Counted from the first letter of the stretch, positions 1-9,099 are shown. The stretch is 54,848 nt of DNA from a virus (IMGVR_UViG_3300037346_000580:64001-118848), one strand, 5' to 3'. The notes: generated from the sequence alone by a model not told the origin. Numbers and translations are program-made.

Positions 1-98
1 AATGAGATAGGAAGACAATGTATACCGCTCCCACCTATAAGCCATTTAAGTATCTTGGCCTTCTCGTCCAGTTGATCTAAGCAATCCTGTACTGTCAT
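1..98 (-). CDS. hypothetical protein, runs off window start
   Basis: ATG at 98-96 overlaps the TGA of the upstream ORF (ATGA); open for 32 codons to the edge (MTVQDCLDQLDEKAKILKWL...). Confidence 0.5.
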   Translation of the reverse strand, partial: MTVQDCLDQLDEKAKILKWLIGGSGIHCLPIS

Positions 99-481
99 TT
101 CCATATTGATTTCAGATTATCCAATAAATTGGTTTTTATGATATTAGAAAGATGTGGATTTCTACGAATCATCCTCTTCATGCTCTCCTCTGTATATTTA
201 CCTGGCCCATTTTTAATCTGCTTAGAAAACCAACCATCTATTCCAGCTATACCATATGGTGTATAGAATGATGATATTAGTCTATTTCCTACCTTTAAAT
301 TTTTTACCGAATGATCGCAATATGCTAATTCCATCTCTTCGCTATTCTCCTTTGTTGGCTTGGGATATTTTTTTTTAAATGTGTCAGGATATCTATTTCC
401 ATACATTTCACATTCCAGTGAATGTTCCATGTCGATGATTTCCTCCCTAGTCATTTCTGATCTACCCTTAAATTCTCTCAT
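95..481 (-). CDS. hypothetical protein
   Basis: 128-aa ORF, co-oriented and tightly packed. Confidence 0.7.
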   Translation of the reverse strand: MREFKGRSEMTREEIIDMEHSLECEMYGNRYPDTFKKKYPKPTKENSEEMELAYCDHSVKNLKVGNRLISSFYTPYGIAGIDGWFSKQIKNGPGKYTEESMKRMIRRNPHLSNIIKTNLLDNLKSIWK

Positions 482-487
482 TGTTTC

Positions 488-1480
488 TTAGTTTAAAATT
501 TCAATTTGCAGAGCTGGATCTTCCGCTTCCAATCCCCATTTTGATAAAACCTGTATTCCCCCCTTGACATAACGGAATACTATTGGATCTTTAATAATGC
601 GAACAGTTTTAGCTTCATAATAGCCTTTCTTTTCATCAAAAGTTAATCCACTTAAATCAAAGTGTTCCTTGGGAGCTGCAATGAATAATCCAGTTCTATC
701 ATAGGTAGTCTCTATTGCATCAGCAATAAATCCTTCTTTTATTACTGGATTTTTAATTTTTCCTTTACTTGCCAGATGTCCATAATACCAAAAAGTATCA
801 GGTATTCTATGTGTAGATATTTCACCAAAATGTTACAAATGTATTTTATTCAGTTCAGCTTCAGTAAAAGTGTCACCGCCAAAAAGATTAACCACCTTCA
901 TGAAATCCGATCTTCTTGTCTCCCATTTATTTACAAACTGGTAGGTAACAAGATTCTCTTGTTCATCATAGCTTCTAAGTGTCTGTGCATTCTCAATCTC
1001 TTTTAGATTCTTTCCGGAACAGGCATCCTGTAATGTTTTACTGGTGCATAAACCAATCCATACTTGTCGCATATTCTATCAAGCTCCGATTCAGGAAGAA
1101 ACTTTAGGAATGGATAGGAGCTTGTGTAATATCCAATTCTATGAGCCATCTCATTATTCATATCAATAAGCCCCTCAGATCTCCTGATCTCCCTCTCAGT
1201 ATGTGTAAGATTATAGACTAGAGCATTTTTTTCGAAACCAAGTGATTTTAAACGTAGTGCTTTTTCTACTATAGTGGTTTGAAGCTCTATTTTAACATCA
1301 GATTGGCTATTAATAATCTCTAATGCCTGCTCCAGAATACGTTGTGGAGCTGTATCAAATTCATTATGAATTTCGTCAATCAATCTTTGATCCTCTGGAA
1401 ATATCAGAGATACCCACCACGATTTCCACGTCTTTTTCTGCTGTGGATTTCTTGAAACTTTTAAATAGCTTGCTTATCAT
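488..1480 (-). pseudogene. ~330-aa hypothetical protein broken by two frameshifts and one in-frame TAA
   Basis: ATG 1480 coupled to upstream TAA; frameshift at duplicated caat (1377-1384); frameshift near 1012 (VPE then KNLKE needs one more A); in-frame TAA at 833-835 followed by 114 open codons to TAA 488-490. Confidence 0.75.
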
Positions 1481-1844
1481 TATTCAATTATTTTTATTAA
1501 ATTAACTCCCTGAAGATTCTCTGCAATCCAACATTCCATAGAATTAACAGATTTAAAAGATTTTGATATTGATTCACCACCTGACATTTTAATAATTAAA
1601 TGTGGATCATAATATAGTCCTCCCCCTGGCTCTTTTTCATAGTATCCATCAGCTTCCCATTGTTTCTTTGTAAAATAGCTTCGAAGAAATGAAGATTCAT
1701 ATCTTGAATCCCATTCCTCTATTTTTATCAAACCGAAAAATATTGTGATTTCCCAGCCTCTATCCATTTAGAATAATATCCTGACTTTAGAGAGTTATGT
1801 TGGGTAACGCTAGATATTTGATCCTTATTTATTTTTATAGACAT
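1480..1844 (-). pseudogene. hypothetical protein with single-base frameshift
   Basis: ATG 1844 gives MSIKINKDQ...WIEAGKSQYF; one extra T in the run at 1736-1740 joins it to FGLIKIEEW... of the track ORF 1480..1767. Confidence 0.65.
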
Positions 1845-1861
1845 GGTTTTTTTTTATGTTA

Positions 1862-1890
1862 CAAATATAATAAAAATCCTCGGGAATAAA
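1862..1890 (-). promoter_or_regulatory. early-type promoter CCG-N11-TATATTTG
   Basis: TATATTTG at 1869-1862, CCG at 1883-1881; matches the Bacteroidota -7 consensus TAnnTTTG. Confidence 0.7.
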
Positions 1891-1910
1891 AAATATTACC
1901 GAGGATTTTT
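1872..1910. terminator. inverted repeat, probable terminator overlapping the promoter
   Basis: aaaaatcctcgg ... ccgaggattttt, 12-bp arms with 15-nt loop, just downstream of the 1933..2718 stop. Confidence 0.55.
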
Positions 1911-1932
1911 TGAAAAATAAAAATAATTAATA

Positions 1933-2718
1933 CTAATGGTAAATCACAAAGGTCTCGCCTTCGACAAATTTATCAATAATATTTCTTTTGAAATCCTCCC
2001 GCATCTCATTGTCTTCCTTACTGTATTCCACCCACGATCCCCATCCACCCTTACTTTCCGGTGTTTGATGTGAGAAGTATTTTTTCCAATGTTTATTAAG
2101 AGTTTTTAAATCAACAATGCATGCTGAATCCCATATGCCATCCTCATAGAATTTCTTATTAGCTCCCTTTCTTTGGTATCCAACTTCCTCAAATCCTATA
2201 CATGTTTCTATCTCATCTATTGCTGGAGGATCTACTATTGTTATTTTTACCCACTTCTCAGCAAAATCCATTGCTGAGTTCAGATTATAATAGGTAGTCA
2301 TATTACCGCTTGCAAAATATTTATATTTAGGTCTATACCCAAATTTCTTCATCACAGAAGCAAATCTTCTAACATAGTCATTATATAAACTAGAAGAGAA
2401 TAGCTCCTCTTTAGTTTCAAAATATGCTGAGTCCCAATTTCCATTTAGAAATTCATAGGTCTCATATAACTCATGTTTTGAATCAAGATAACTGAAAGCC
2501 GTTTTTTCCCCATATGAGATCCCGGTACATAGAAAATCATCCGGGTCTCTGCCCAATGCTTTTAAAGCAGACTCAGGATCGAAATATGAATTTTTTTTCT
2601 CGAAAGCAAATTCCATGAATACCTCTAATTCTGGCATATCCTTAAGAACATAGTAGTCCTCAATTTTTTCAATATCTGTAACCTTTATTGGTTTATAAAC
2701 TGTTATATCTAGTCCCAT
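1933..2718 (-). CDS. hypothetical protein (MGLDITVY N-terminus)
   Basis: 261-aa ORF. Confidence 0.75.
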   Translation of the reverse strand: MGLDITVYKPIKVTDIEKIEDYYVLKDMPELEVFMEFAFEKKNSYFDPESALKALGRDPDDFLCTGISYGEKTAFSYLDSKHELYETYEFLNGNWDSAYFETKEELFSSSLYNDYVRRFASVMKKFGYRPKYKYFASGNMTTYYNLNSAMDFAEKWVKITIVDPPAIDEIETCIGFEEVGYQRKGANKKFYEDGIWDSACIVDLKTLNKHWKKYFSHQTPESKGGWGSWVEYSKEDNEMREDFKRNIIDKFVEGETFVIYH

Positions 2719-2719
2719 A

Positions 2720-3037
2720 TTATTCTTCTATTTCTTCCGCTACCGAGTTTCTGACAGCCGTTAAGTTTTCTAAAAATTCATCAATCTCAAAATCCATAAG
2801 GATTATATTAGCCTCCATGTCTCTTGCAAATTGGTGGATGAACTCAGCTGTGTTGGCTGTATATTCACCATAATCCCCGCCGGAGTAGAATTCTTCAAAT
2901 TCCACTCTTAGCTTCTCTGGTATTGAATGTTTACTTAGAAATGAGCTTCCAGAGATAAGATAAAATTCCTTAACCCCTTTCTCATGTAGGATCTTCGATA
3001 AGTCAGTCATGCTGTCTCTAAAATCGCTTACTGTCAT
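2720..3037 (-). CDS. acidic hypothetical protein
   Basis: ATG 3037 overlaps TGA of the upstream small ORF; track start at 3070 is probably too long. Confidence 0.65.
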   Translation of the reverse strand: MTVSDFRDSMTDLSKILHEKGVKEFYLISGSSFLSKHSIPEKLRVEFEEFYSGGDYGEYTANTAEFIHQFARDMEANIILMDFEIDEFLENLTAVRNSVAEEIEE

Positions 3038-3198
3038 AATATAGTTTTTCCGTTTATGTTTAGTGACCATCCATTATCAAAACACCAATCATTAATTTGC
3101 TCATCGTCAGCATTACTAAAGAAACAATCTTTAAATTGCCCTCTCGTACCTTCAAACATTTCACCATTTTCAACCAATATAATGTCAGAATCCTCCAT
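3034..3198 (-). CDS. small hypothetical protein (54 aa, not in track)
   Basis: MEDSDIILVENGEMFEGTRGQFKDCFFSNADDEQINDWCFDNGWSLNINGKTIL; directly follows promoter, ATGA-coupled to next gene. Confidence 0.65.
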   Translation of the reverse strand: MEDSDIILVENGEMFEGTRGQFKDCFFSNADDEQINDWCFDNGWSLNINGKTIL

Positions 3199-3215
3199 AC
3201 TTTATTTTTATAATG

Positions 3216-3246
3216 CAAATATAAAACAATCTTGCGGATAAAAAAA
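3216..3246 (-). promoter_or_regulatory. early-type promoter CCG-N11-TATATTTG
   Basis: TATATTTG at 3223-3216, CCG at 3237-3235. Confidence 0.7.
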
Positions 3247-3304
3247 AATATAGATATATAATTCATGGATAAAAAAAAATATAGATATATAATTCATGGA
3301 TAAA
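3236..3304 (+). repeat. 31-nt tandem duplication containing GATATATAAT and a start codon
   Basis: ggataaaaaaaaatatagatatataattcat at 3236-3266 and 3267-3297, then partial ggataaa. Confidence 0.9.
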
Positions 3305-4033
3305 TTAAAAAGACTTTATAACTACATTAAGAAAGACAAGAAAAAGAAAATTCTTTTTTTAACCACTTCGAATAGATGGGAGGGGGAAAAAGAATTACCC
3401 AAATCATCCATCATTGCTGCTGAGCTTAAAAAGAAATTGAAAAATGCAGAAATAATTGACGTTAGTAAACTTAAGATCTTTCCTTGTGAAGGTAATGTCT
3501 CCGGAAAGGATGGCAACAATTGTGGGGTCAAAGATGCAATGCTAAAAAGTAATAATCCCGAAAAATTTATAAGATGCTGGGCCTCAATAAATAATAAAAG
3601 TGATGAAATGCACAAGGTTGCAAATGCTATTTATGATGCTGATATTATCATATTCTTTGGATCCATTAGGTGGGGAAAAATGAATGCTATTTATTCCCAA
3701 ATAATAGAGAGATTAACTTGGCTTGAAAATAGACACACCACCCTGGGTGAATCTAATCTTATTAAAGACAAGGAATGTGGTGTTGTTGCAATCGGGCATA
3801 ATTGGAACGGCGAGCAGGCTATTAAAACAGAAAGGGAAGTTCTTGGGTTTTTCGGTTTTAAAACACCGAGTCAATTATCATTTAATTGGCAATACACTAA
3901 AGACACGAACGATGAAACCCAGAGAGGTTACAAAGACGATTATAGTAAATTCATCAAGGATTTTAACTTCAAAGAAACACTAAACGAATCCATTATAAGA
4001 TTCGGTGAATTTATAAAAAATATAACATCATGA
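3296..4033 (+). CDS. flavodoxin-like NAD(P)H-dependent FMN reductase / iron-sulfur flavoprotein-like
   Basis: ILFLTTSNR, PCEG..CG..CWAS cysteine cluster, YDADIIIFFGSIRWG, IERL. Confidence 0.7.
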   Translation: MDKLKRLYNYIKKDKKKKILFLTTSNRWEGEKELPKSSIIAAELKKKLKNAEIIDVSKLKIFPCEGNVSGKDGNNCGVKDAMLKSNNPEKFIRCWASINNKSDEMHKVANAIYDADIIIFFGSIRWGKMNAIYSQIIERLTWLENRHTTLGESNLIKDKECGVVAIGHNWNGEQAIKTEREVLGFFGFKTPSQLSFNWQYTKDTNDETQRGYKDDYSKFIKDFNFKETLNESIIRFGEFIKNITS

Positions 4034-4608
4034 AATATCCAAAGAAATATTTAAAAACTAATCCCAACATAATGAAGAGGGAAATTAAAAAACATAAAGA
4101 CAAAGCTGACGATGATGCTTCTGCATATGGTCCATGGGATGCCGATTATAAAAGCAGAAAGACAGGTAAGGGTAAACCTGTGCCCACTAAGACATCTAAA
4201 TATACAAAAAAATTCAAGGAACTCTACGGTGAATCTGAGGAATCTATAAATAAAGAAGCAATCATGGAAAATTTGATAAAATATGACCAGTTTGGATTAG
4301 AAATAGAAAAAGTAGCTTATGATGTTTTTATAGAATGTGCAGATTTAATAGACGAATCGGGGGGATCTTCAATAGAAACAGCATTAAAAAATAAAGCCAA
4401 AAAATCAGGATTCCCATTAGGAATATTGAGGCAAGTTTATAATCGCGGAAAAGCAGCTTGGAAAAATGGGCACATACCAGGGACAAATCCAGAACAGTGG
4501 GGATTAGCCCGTGTTAATTCATTCGTAACTGGAGGTAGAACAACAAAAGTGGGTGACGGTGCTTTATATGCACAGGGTAAGAAAGCAAAAAGTGAAAGAA
4601 AAAAATAA
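4030..4608 (+). CDS. conserved viral protein (DUF5824-like, recalled, unverified)
   Basis: KAKKSGFPLGILRQVYNRGKAAW..GH.PG...QW..ARVNSF..GG.T pattern. Confidence 0.55.
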   Translation: MKYPKKYLKTNPNIMKREIKKHKDKADDDASAYGPWDADYKSRKTGKGKPVPTKTSKYTKKFKELYGESEESINKEAIMENLIKYDQFGLEIEKVAYDVFIECADLIDESGGSSIETALKNKAKKSGFPLGILRQVYNRGKAAWKNGHIPGTNPEQWGLARVNSFVTGGRTTKVGDGALYAQGKKAKSERKK

Positions 4609-4613
4609 TCAAA

Positions 4614-5183
4614 ATAAAACACTTATCAGATTTTAATGAATTTAATGGCATCAACGAGGGAATAATGTCAAAATCCCTGATTGCAGGACTTCTTATGGGA
4701 ATAGGTAATCTGTCAGCACAGGAGAAAGACAACTTTATAAGAAAAGCTGATTCTATAAATTCAACTTCGATGACAGCAGCCAAAAAAAGTGCAGCTATAA
4801 GCATTATAAAACCAAACGTTATTCAAAAAATAAAAGCAGCTGCAAGAAAAGCGGAGACGGAGATAAGAAATAGAACCGATCTTGATGCAGCTCAAAAGAA
4901 TAGTGAAATTTCAAAAATAAAAGTTCAAGAAAGGGAAGACATTAAAACTGTTAATGGTAAATGGGGAGATGCAGAAAGGTCAGCAATAAAGGTAAGAGTT
5001 GATGCATGGATAGCAGCAAACCCAGGAAAAACTGAAAAAGACTATTGGAAAGAGCAGGAAAGACTTGCTAAAGCTGACGACGTTCCATTGGATGGTTTAC
5101 AGGGACCAGATTTTAAACCTACCAGTTGTGGTATATCTAAAGCAGCTAGTAAGGAATCAAAAAAGGATTGGAAGAATAAATAA
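4614..5183 (+). CDS. hypothetical protein with CTS-like N-terminus
   Basis: frame of track ORF 4665..5183 is open upstream to ATA 4614: IKHLSDFNEFNGINEG-IMSK; start may be ATA or a mutated ATG. Confidence 0.6.
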   Translation: MKHLSDFNEFNGINEGIMSKSLIAGLLMGIGNLSAQEKDNFIRKADSINSTSMTAAKKSAAISIIKPNVIQKIKAAARKAETEIRNRTDLDAAQKNSEISKIKVQEREDIKTVNGKWGDAERSAIKVRVDAWIAANPGKTEKDYWKEQERLAKADDVPLDGLQGPDFKPTSCGISKAASKESKKDWKNK

Positions 5184-5190
5184 TTAAATC

Positions 5191-5796
5191 ATGATAAATT
5201 ATAAGAATTTTATAAATGAAGCATCATTGAGTACCATTGGTCTAGAAGATGTGATAAATAAAAAATTTATAAGTATAGTATTATCTGATAGTTACAATAG
5301 AGAATCCTTGATCTACCAATATATGGGAGAGGAAAGTATTTCAGATGAGAATGAAATTGACGACGCTGAATTCAACAATTGGGTCAAATACGAATTGGAC
5401 TATCTAGCATCAGAATTTATCACCAAGGTTAACAAGGATCTTATAAAAAATGGAAAGATTAAAATTTGGAGGGCAATGTCAGTAAATAAAGAATGGGAAT
5501 CCAGATTACAGACAGAAGCAAAACACCTCGGAATATATTGGTCATGGGATCAGGAAGGTGCAGAACCTCACTGGGGGTACAATACGGAACTGCCATTTAC
5601 TACCATAATGGAAGCGGAAGTAGACGAAACCTCTGTCGACTGGTATCCAACAATAAGACTAAATACTGAACCGATTTCCTTTGAGGAGAAGGAAATAAGA
5701 TTGGTAAAAGGTGCCAAAATTAAAATCATATCCATAAAAATCAATGAAAATGAAATAGATCTTTCTGATATATCTGGGGATAGATTTATAGCATAG
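5191..5796 (+). CDS. putative ADP-ribosyltransferase-like protein with CTS-like N-terminus
   Basis: MINYKNFINE tag; R-S-E-like motifs IKIWRAM, GIYWSWD, EEKEIRL. Confidence 0.45.
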   Translation: MINYKNFINEASLSTIGLEDVINKKFISIVLSDSYNRESLIYQYMGEESISDENEIDDAEFNNWVKYELDYLASEFITKVNKDLIKNGKIKIWRAMSVNKEWESRLQTEAKHLGIYWSWDQEGAEPHWGYNTELPFTTIMEAEVDETSVDWYPTIRLNTEPISFEEKEIRLVKGAKIKIISIKINENEIDLSDISGDRFIA

Positions 5797-6534
5797 CTAA
5801 TTCTTAATTAGCTTTTCAAATCTATCATAAACCAATTTTAAATAATCACATCCTGCTTCTGTATTCTTAATTGGTGATAATGGGGCTTTAATTCCACTGT
5901 ACTTTGAGGGATATATTCTTTTAAGCTCTGTCCAAGCACTATCTCCAATCTGAAATAAACCTCTATAAGCTTTATTTGTCTTGGGATCCGGATTGAATCT
6001 AGATTCCTTATAAGCAACTGTTGTTATGAAATCCTTGCTAAATTCTGGAATTTTAGACTTAGCTTTCTCTATTGCTTGTTTAACTTTTGCATTCTGAGGT
6101 TCATTTATCTTAGCTAGTGCCTCCTTTTTATATTGACCCCATGTTGATTGCTGGTATTCTAGGAATGCCTTAACTGCTTCCTTACTTTTTCCATTCTTAA
6201 CTTTGGCGTATCTCGTATCAGATTGAGGCATATTATTAAGAAGCTTATCCCTGGAATCTTGTTGTATCTCAACTTCACCTCTGAGGATATCCATTATATT
6301 GGCAAGCCCGGTAGGACCTTGTTGGTGTGTCAAATAGATCATATGCTCACCTGTTATAAGTGTGGGATCCATAATTTTGGCAGCCTTGACACCAGGCTTC
6401 TTGATTATTGTTTTTTTTCTGCTGAAGAAGTCACCTACAGCTTTTTTAAATCTGTCCCATAAATCGCCAAGACCCTCGTTTATGGTATCATCTAAGAAAT
6501 TATATTCCTCGTATTCTTTTATATGTTTAAGCAT
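5797..6534 (-). CDS. lytic transglycosylase (SLT/lysozyme-like) domain protein, probably virion-associated
   Basis: TVAYKESRFNP, YRGLFQIG, NTEAGCDYL; N-terminal MLKHIKEYEEY...INE tag. Confidence 0.75.
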   Translation of the reverse strand: MLKHIKEYEEYNFLDDTINEGLGDLWDRFKKAVGDFFSRKKTIIKKPGVKAAKIMDPTLITGEHMIYLTHQQGPTGLANIMDILRGEVEIQQDSRDKLLNNMPQSDTRYAKVKNGKSKEAVKAFLEYQQSTWGQYKKEALAKINEPQNAKVKQAIEKAKSKIPEFSKDFITTVAYKESRFNPDPKTNKAYRGLFQIGDSAWTELKRIYPSKYSGIKAPLSPIKNTEAGCDYLKLVYDRFEKLIKN

Positions 6535-6536
6535 GG

Positions 6537-6546
6537 ATTATATATC
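6537..6546 (-). promoter_or_regulatory. late-type motif GATATATAAT
   Basis: 2 nt upstream of ATG 6534; same spacing as at 3284-3293 before ATG 3296. Confidence 0.6.
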
Positions 6547-6558
6547 CGAAAGGTATTT

Positions 6559-6822
6559 TTATAAATCAAATAAACCTTTAAACTTCTCCTTTAAAATATA
6601 AGCTCCAATAGAATACATATAGTTTCTAAGTTCACCCAGTATTGCCTCCTCGGTTTCATCCTGATATATTATTAATGGTTCTAGATCTTTATGATTTAGA
6701 CTTTCTATCCTAATCCATCCCCTCTCTTCCCAATTATCAAGATCGATATACAATCCGAATGTTTTTATTGAATCTATAATAAACTCGTGTTTCTTTTTAA
6801 TTGCTTCTTCCTCAGTGCTCAT
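6559..6822 (-). CDS. hypothetical protein
   Basis: likely start ATG 6822 (MSTEEE), overlapping the upstream gene end. Confidence 0.65.
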   Translation of the reverse strand: MSTEEEAIKKKHEFIIDSIKTFGLYIDLDNWEERGWIRIESLNHKDLEPLIIYQDETEEAILGELRNYMYSIGAYILKEKFKGLFDL

Positions 6823-7222
6823 AATATCTGAAATAATAATTAATTTCACCCATACTAAACGGAAATCCCCCTCCAGTAACAACATCAATATAAACATAGA
6901 ATCTAATTTTATATAGATTCTCATTAAGTAATTCCTTTATAATCGGTCTAACAACTCTAAAGATTTCGTATGGTCCATTAAGATAGCTTTCACCTCTTAG
7001 CGTCATCTTTATTTCCTTCCTATAGGGAAGAGAATAGGGATCGGTTTTAACGATCCCTTGAATATCGATTCTTTTAAAAGTTTCGATAAGAGATTTCTCA
7101 ACTTTTCTTTCAAATTCCTGTATCTTCTCCATATACCTCTCCTCCGTGTGCTTTCTAGCTTCCCAGCCAACTAATGGATGAAGAATCGGAGCCTCTAGAT
7201 TACTTGGTATTTTTCTTTCCAT
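6812..7222 (-). CDS. hypothetical protein
   Basis: 136-aa ORF coupled to the clpP stop. Confidence 0.7.
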   Translation of the reverse strand: MERKIPSNLEAPILHPLVGWEARKHTEERYMEKIQEFERKVEKSLIETFKRIDIQGIVKTDPYSLPYRKEIKMTLRGESYLNGPYEIFRVVRPIIKELLNENLYKIRFYVYIDVVTGGGFPFSMGEINYYFRYYEH

Positions 7223-7899
7223 TATCTTACTCTTTTCCCCTTCACGATCTCATCAATGATTCCATAATCAACAGCCTCTTGAGCGCTCATCCAAAAATCT
7301 CTTTGTGAATCTTTCTTAACTTGTTCGGGATCTTTATCGCAGAAATCACCAAGTAAATCAAATAGAATGGAGTTTACCTCTTTCCATTCTTTCCAATCAA
7401 TCTCAGCATCCTGGATGTTTCCTCTAAATCCGCCACTTGATTGGTGAAGCATAACTTTACTAAATCTCAATGATGATCTCTTGCCCTTTGTTCCTGCACC
7501 CAAAAGAACAGATCCCATGGAAGCAGCCATACCTGTATTGATTGTAGCAATATCTGATTTGATATAGTCCATAACATCCACCATACTCAATCCACTTTTA
7601 ACAGATCCACCAGGTGAGTCGATGTGCATAATGATGTCTTTCTTTTCAACAGAATCCAAGAACATAAGTTGTGCTTGTACTATTGTTGACATCCTATCAT
7701 TAACTGGACCAGCAACCCAAAGAATTCTGTCCATCATAAGTCTATCAAAAACAGTCATCTGTGTTGCTCTTAATTCTCTCTCCTCGAGGATCATTGGTGT
7801 CATTGATGCCTCCACCTGTTTTGCATGATAGTCCATTGTTAATGAACTAATCCCTTTCTCACTCTGAGCGTACTTTCTAAATTCTGTTCCGTAATCCAT
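7222..7899 (-). CDS. clpP: ATP-dependent Clp protease proteolytic subunit
   Basis: MDRILW, IDSPGGSV, GMAASMGSVLL (catalytic Ser), VMLHQ (His), RDFWMSA.EAV.YGIIDEI. Confidence 0.95.
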   Translation of the reverse strand: MDYGTEFRKYAQSEKGISSLTMDYHAKQVEASMTPMILEERELRATQMTVFDRLMMDRILWVAGPVNDRMSTIVQAQLMFLDSVEKKDIIMHIDSPGGSVKSGLSMVDVMDYIKSDIATINTGMAASMGSVLLGAGTKGKRSSLRFSKVMLHQSSGGFRGNIQDAEIDWKEWKEVNSILFDLLGDFCDKDPEQVKKDSQRDFWMSAQEAVDYGIIDEIVKGKRVR

Positions 7900-7903
7900 G
7901 TTA

Positions 7904-8860
7904 TTAATTTTTATGTTGAAATTCTTTAAATTGATCTAATAGCGATTTTATATTCTCCCTGCCAGCAGGGTTCATTGAGTGAACCACATAATCAGGTAAT
8001 TCTTTCTTGTTGTCTATACAATAATCAACAAGCCATTTTGCACAATCCATACCGGTTTTCTCCATCTTCGGTGGGTTATGTACATATTCAGATCTTTCTA
8101 GATGCTTGGTCTTTTCGCTAACCGTTGATAATTTGTCCTCATATCTCCAAATAAATCCACCAGCAGAATTTCTATCACCTCTTGCACATTTTGCTATATT
8201 TGCATAATGAATACCAAGATGTCTTTCCGCCTCTGCAGTGCTACCATATACATTTAACACAAAACCATCAAGAGAATATTGGGTAACGCTTTTGCTATTT
8301 GCGTGGTTAGATCCGTATGCTGTAAAATTCCTATTCAGATTGTCATGTGAGTGTTTTATATTTTCACTTCCTGTATTCCATTCCAAATTTGTTACAAAAT
8401 TATTGCTTCTGTTTCCATCCTTATGGTTAACCTCGGGCTTATTATCAGAATTTGCTATATATGATTCAGCAACTAATCTATGTATGGATCTATGGTGATG
8501 CTTACCTCCACTTGTTAATATAACAAAACAAGTTCCTGTTTTTTTATTATATTGTACGGAAATCTCCCCTCCCGAGGTTCCTCTTGAAATACTATCCCTT
8601 CTAACCCTACCGTCACGGGAAACACTATAATCACCAAATCCAACAACTTTCATCCATTCTGGATAATAGTCTATATCGGAAAGATCATGATCAAATGATA
8701 TAAATTCAGGAATTCCCCTTTCTGTTATGGCTGAAATAAATTCTTCATAGTTTTTAACTATTACCCATTCCCACTTGGAATATATCCCTTCATTCCCCTT
8801 CATGTATGATATGCAATCATAAGGATGCCTGACGTCGTCCAAAAATAAATTATACTTCAT
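7904..8860 (-). CDS. cyclic-phosphate-processing receiver-domain protein with in-frame NUMOD4-HNH-NUMOD1 insertion
   Basis: host part LFLDDVR...ISFDHDL and KTGMDCAKWLV...VHSMNPAG; insert EWMKVVG..YSVSRDGRV, IHRLVA, VNHKDGNRSNN..TNLEW, VTQYSLDG..AGGFIWRY. Confidence 0.8.
   Translation of the reverse strand: MKYNLFLDDVRHPYDCISYMKGNEGIYSKWEWVIVKNYEEFISAITERGIPEFISFDHDLSDIDYYPEWMKVVGFGDYSVSRDGRVRRDSISRGTSGGEISVQYNKKTGTCFVILTSGGKHHHRSIHRLVAESYIANSDNKPEVNHKDGNRSNNFVTNLEWNTGSENIKHSHDNLNRNFTAYGSNHANSKSVTQYSLDGFVLNVYGSTAEAERHLGIHYANIAKCARGDRNSAGGFIWRYEDKLSTVSEKTKHLERSEYVHNPPKMEKTGMDCAKWLVDYCIDNKKELPDYVVHSMNPAGRENIKSLLDQFKEFQHKN
8135..8659 (-). mobile_element. HNH homing endonuclease coding segment inserted in frame
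   Basis: approx. aa 68-242 of the 7904..8860 ORF; boundaries approximate. Confidence 0.75.
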
Positions 8861-8955
8861 TTTATTTAATTTTTATAAAAGCATCGCCATTGCTGACAAG
8901 ACTATTGATTAGTAGATATTGTGATAATGAATATTTATGCCTACCCCTGCAAATA

Positions 8956-9099
8956 TCAATTGAATTTAATATTGTTCCTGCGGTTATTCTTTTTTTTATA
9001 TAGCGATTTATTAAATTCCAGTCTATATTCACGATTTTTGCCCAATATTGATTTATTAATATCTGATAGCATTCTTGACATGTTTTCTTTACCCTCCAT
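8956..9099 (-). CDS. small basic hypothetical protein (47 aa)
   Basis: MEGKENMSRMLSDINKSILGKNREYRLEFNKSLYKKKNNRRNNIKFN; fills the gap in gene orientation. Confidence 0.4.
   Translation of the reverse strand: MEGKENMSRMLSDINKSILGKNREYRLEFNKSLYKKKNNRRNNIKFN

Noticed and set aside
8078-8680. Intein in the receiver-domain gene (Ser61 ... VHN)
   Set aside because: The residue after VHN is Pro, there is no block A/B and there is no Hint-domain sequence.
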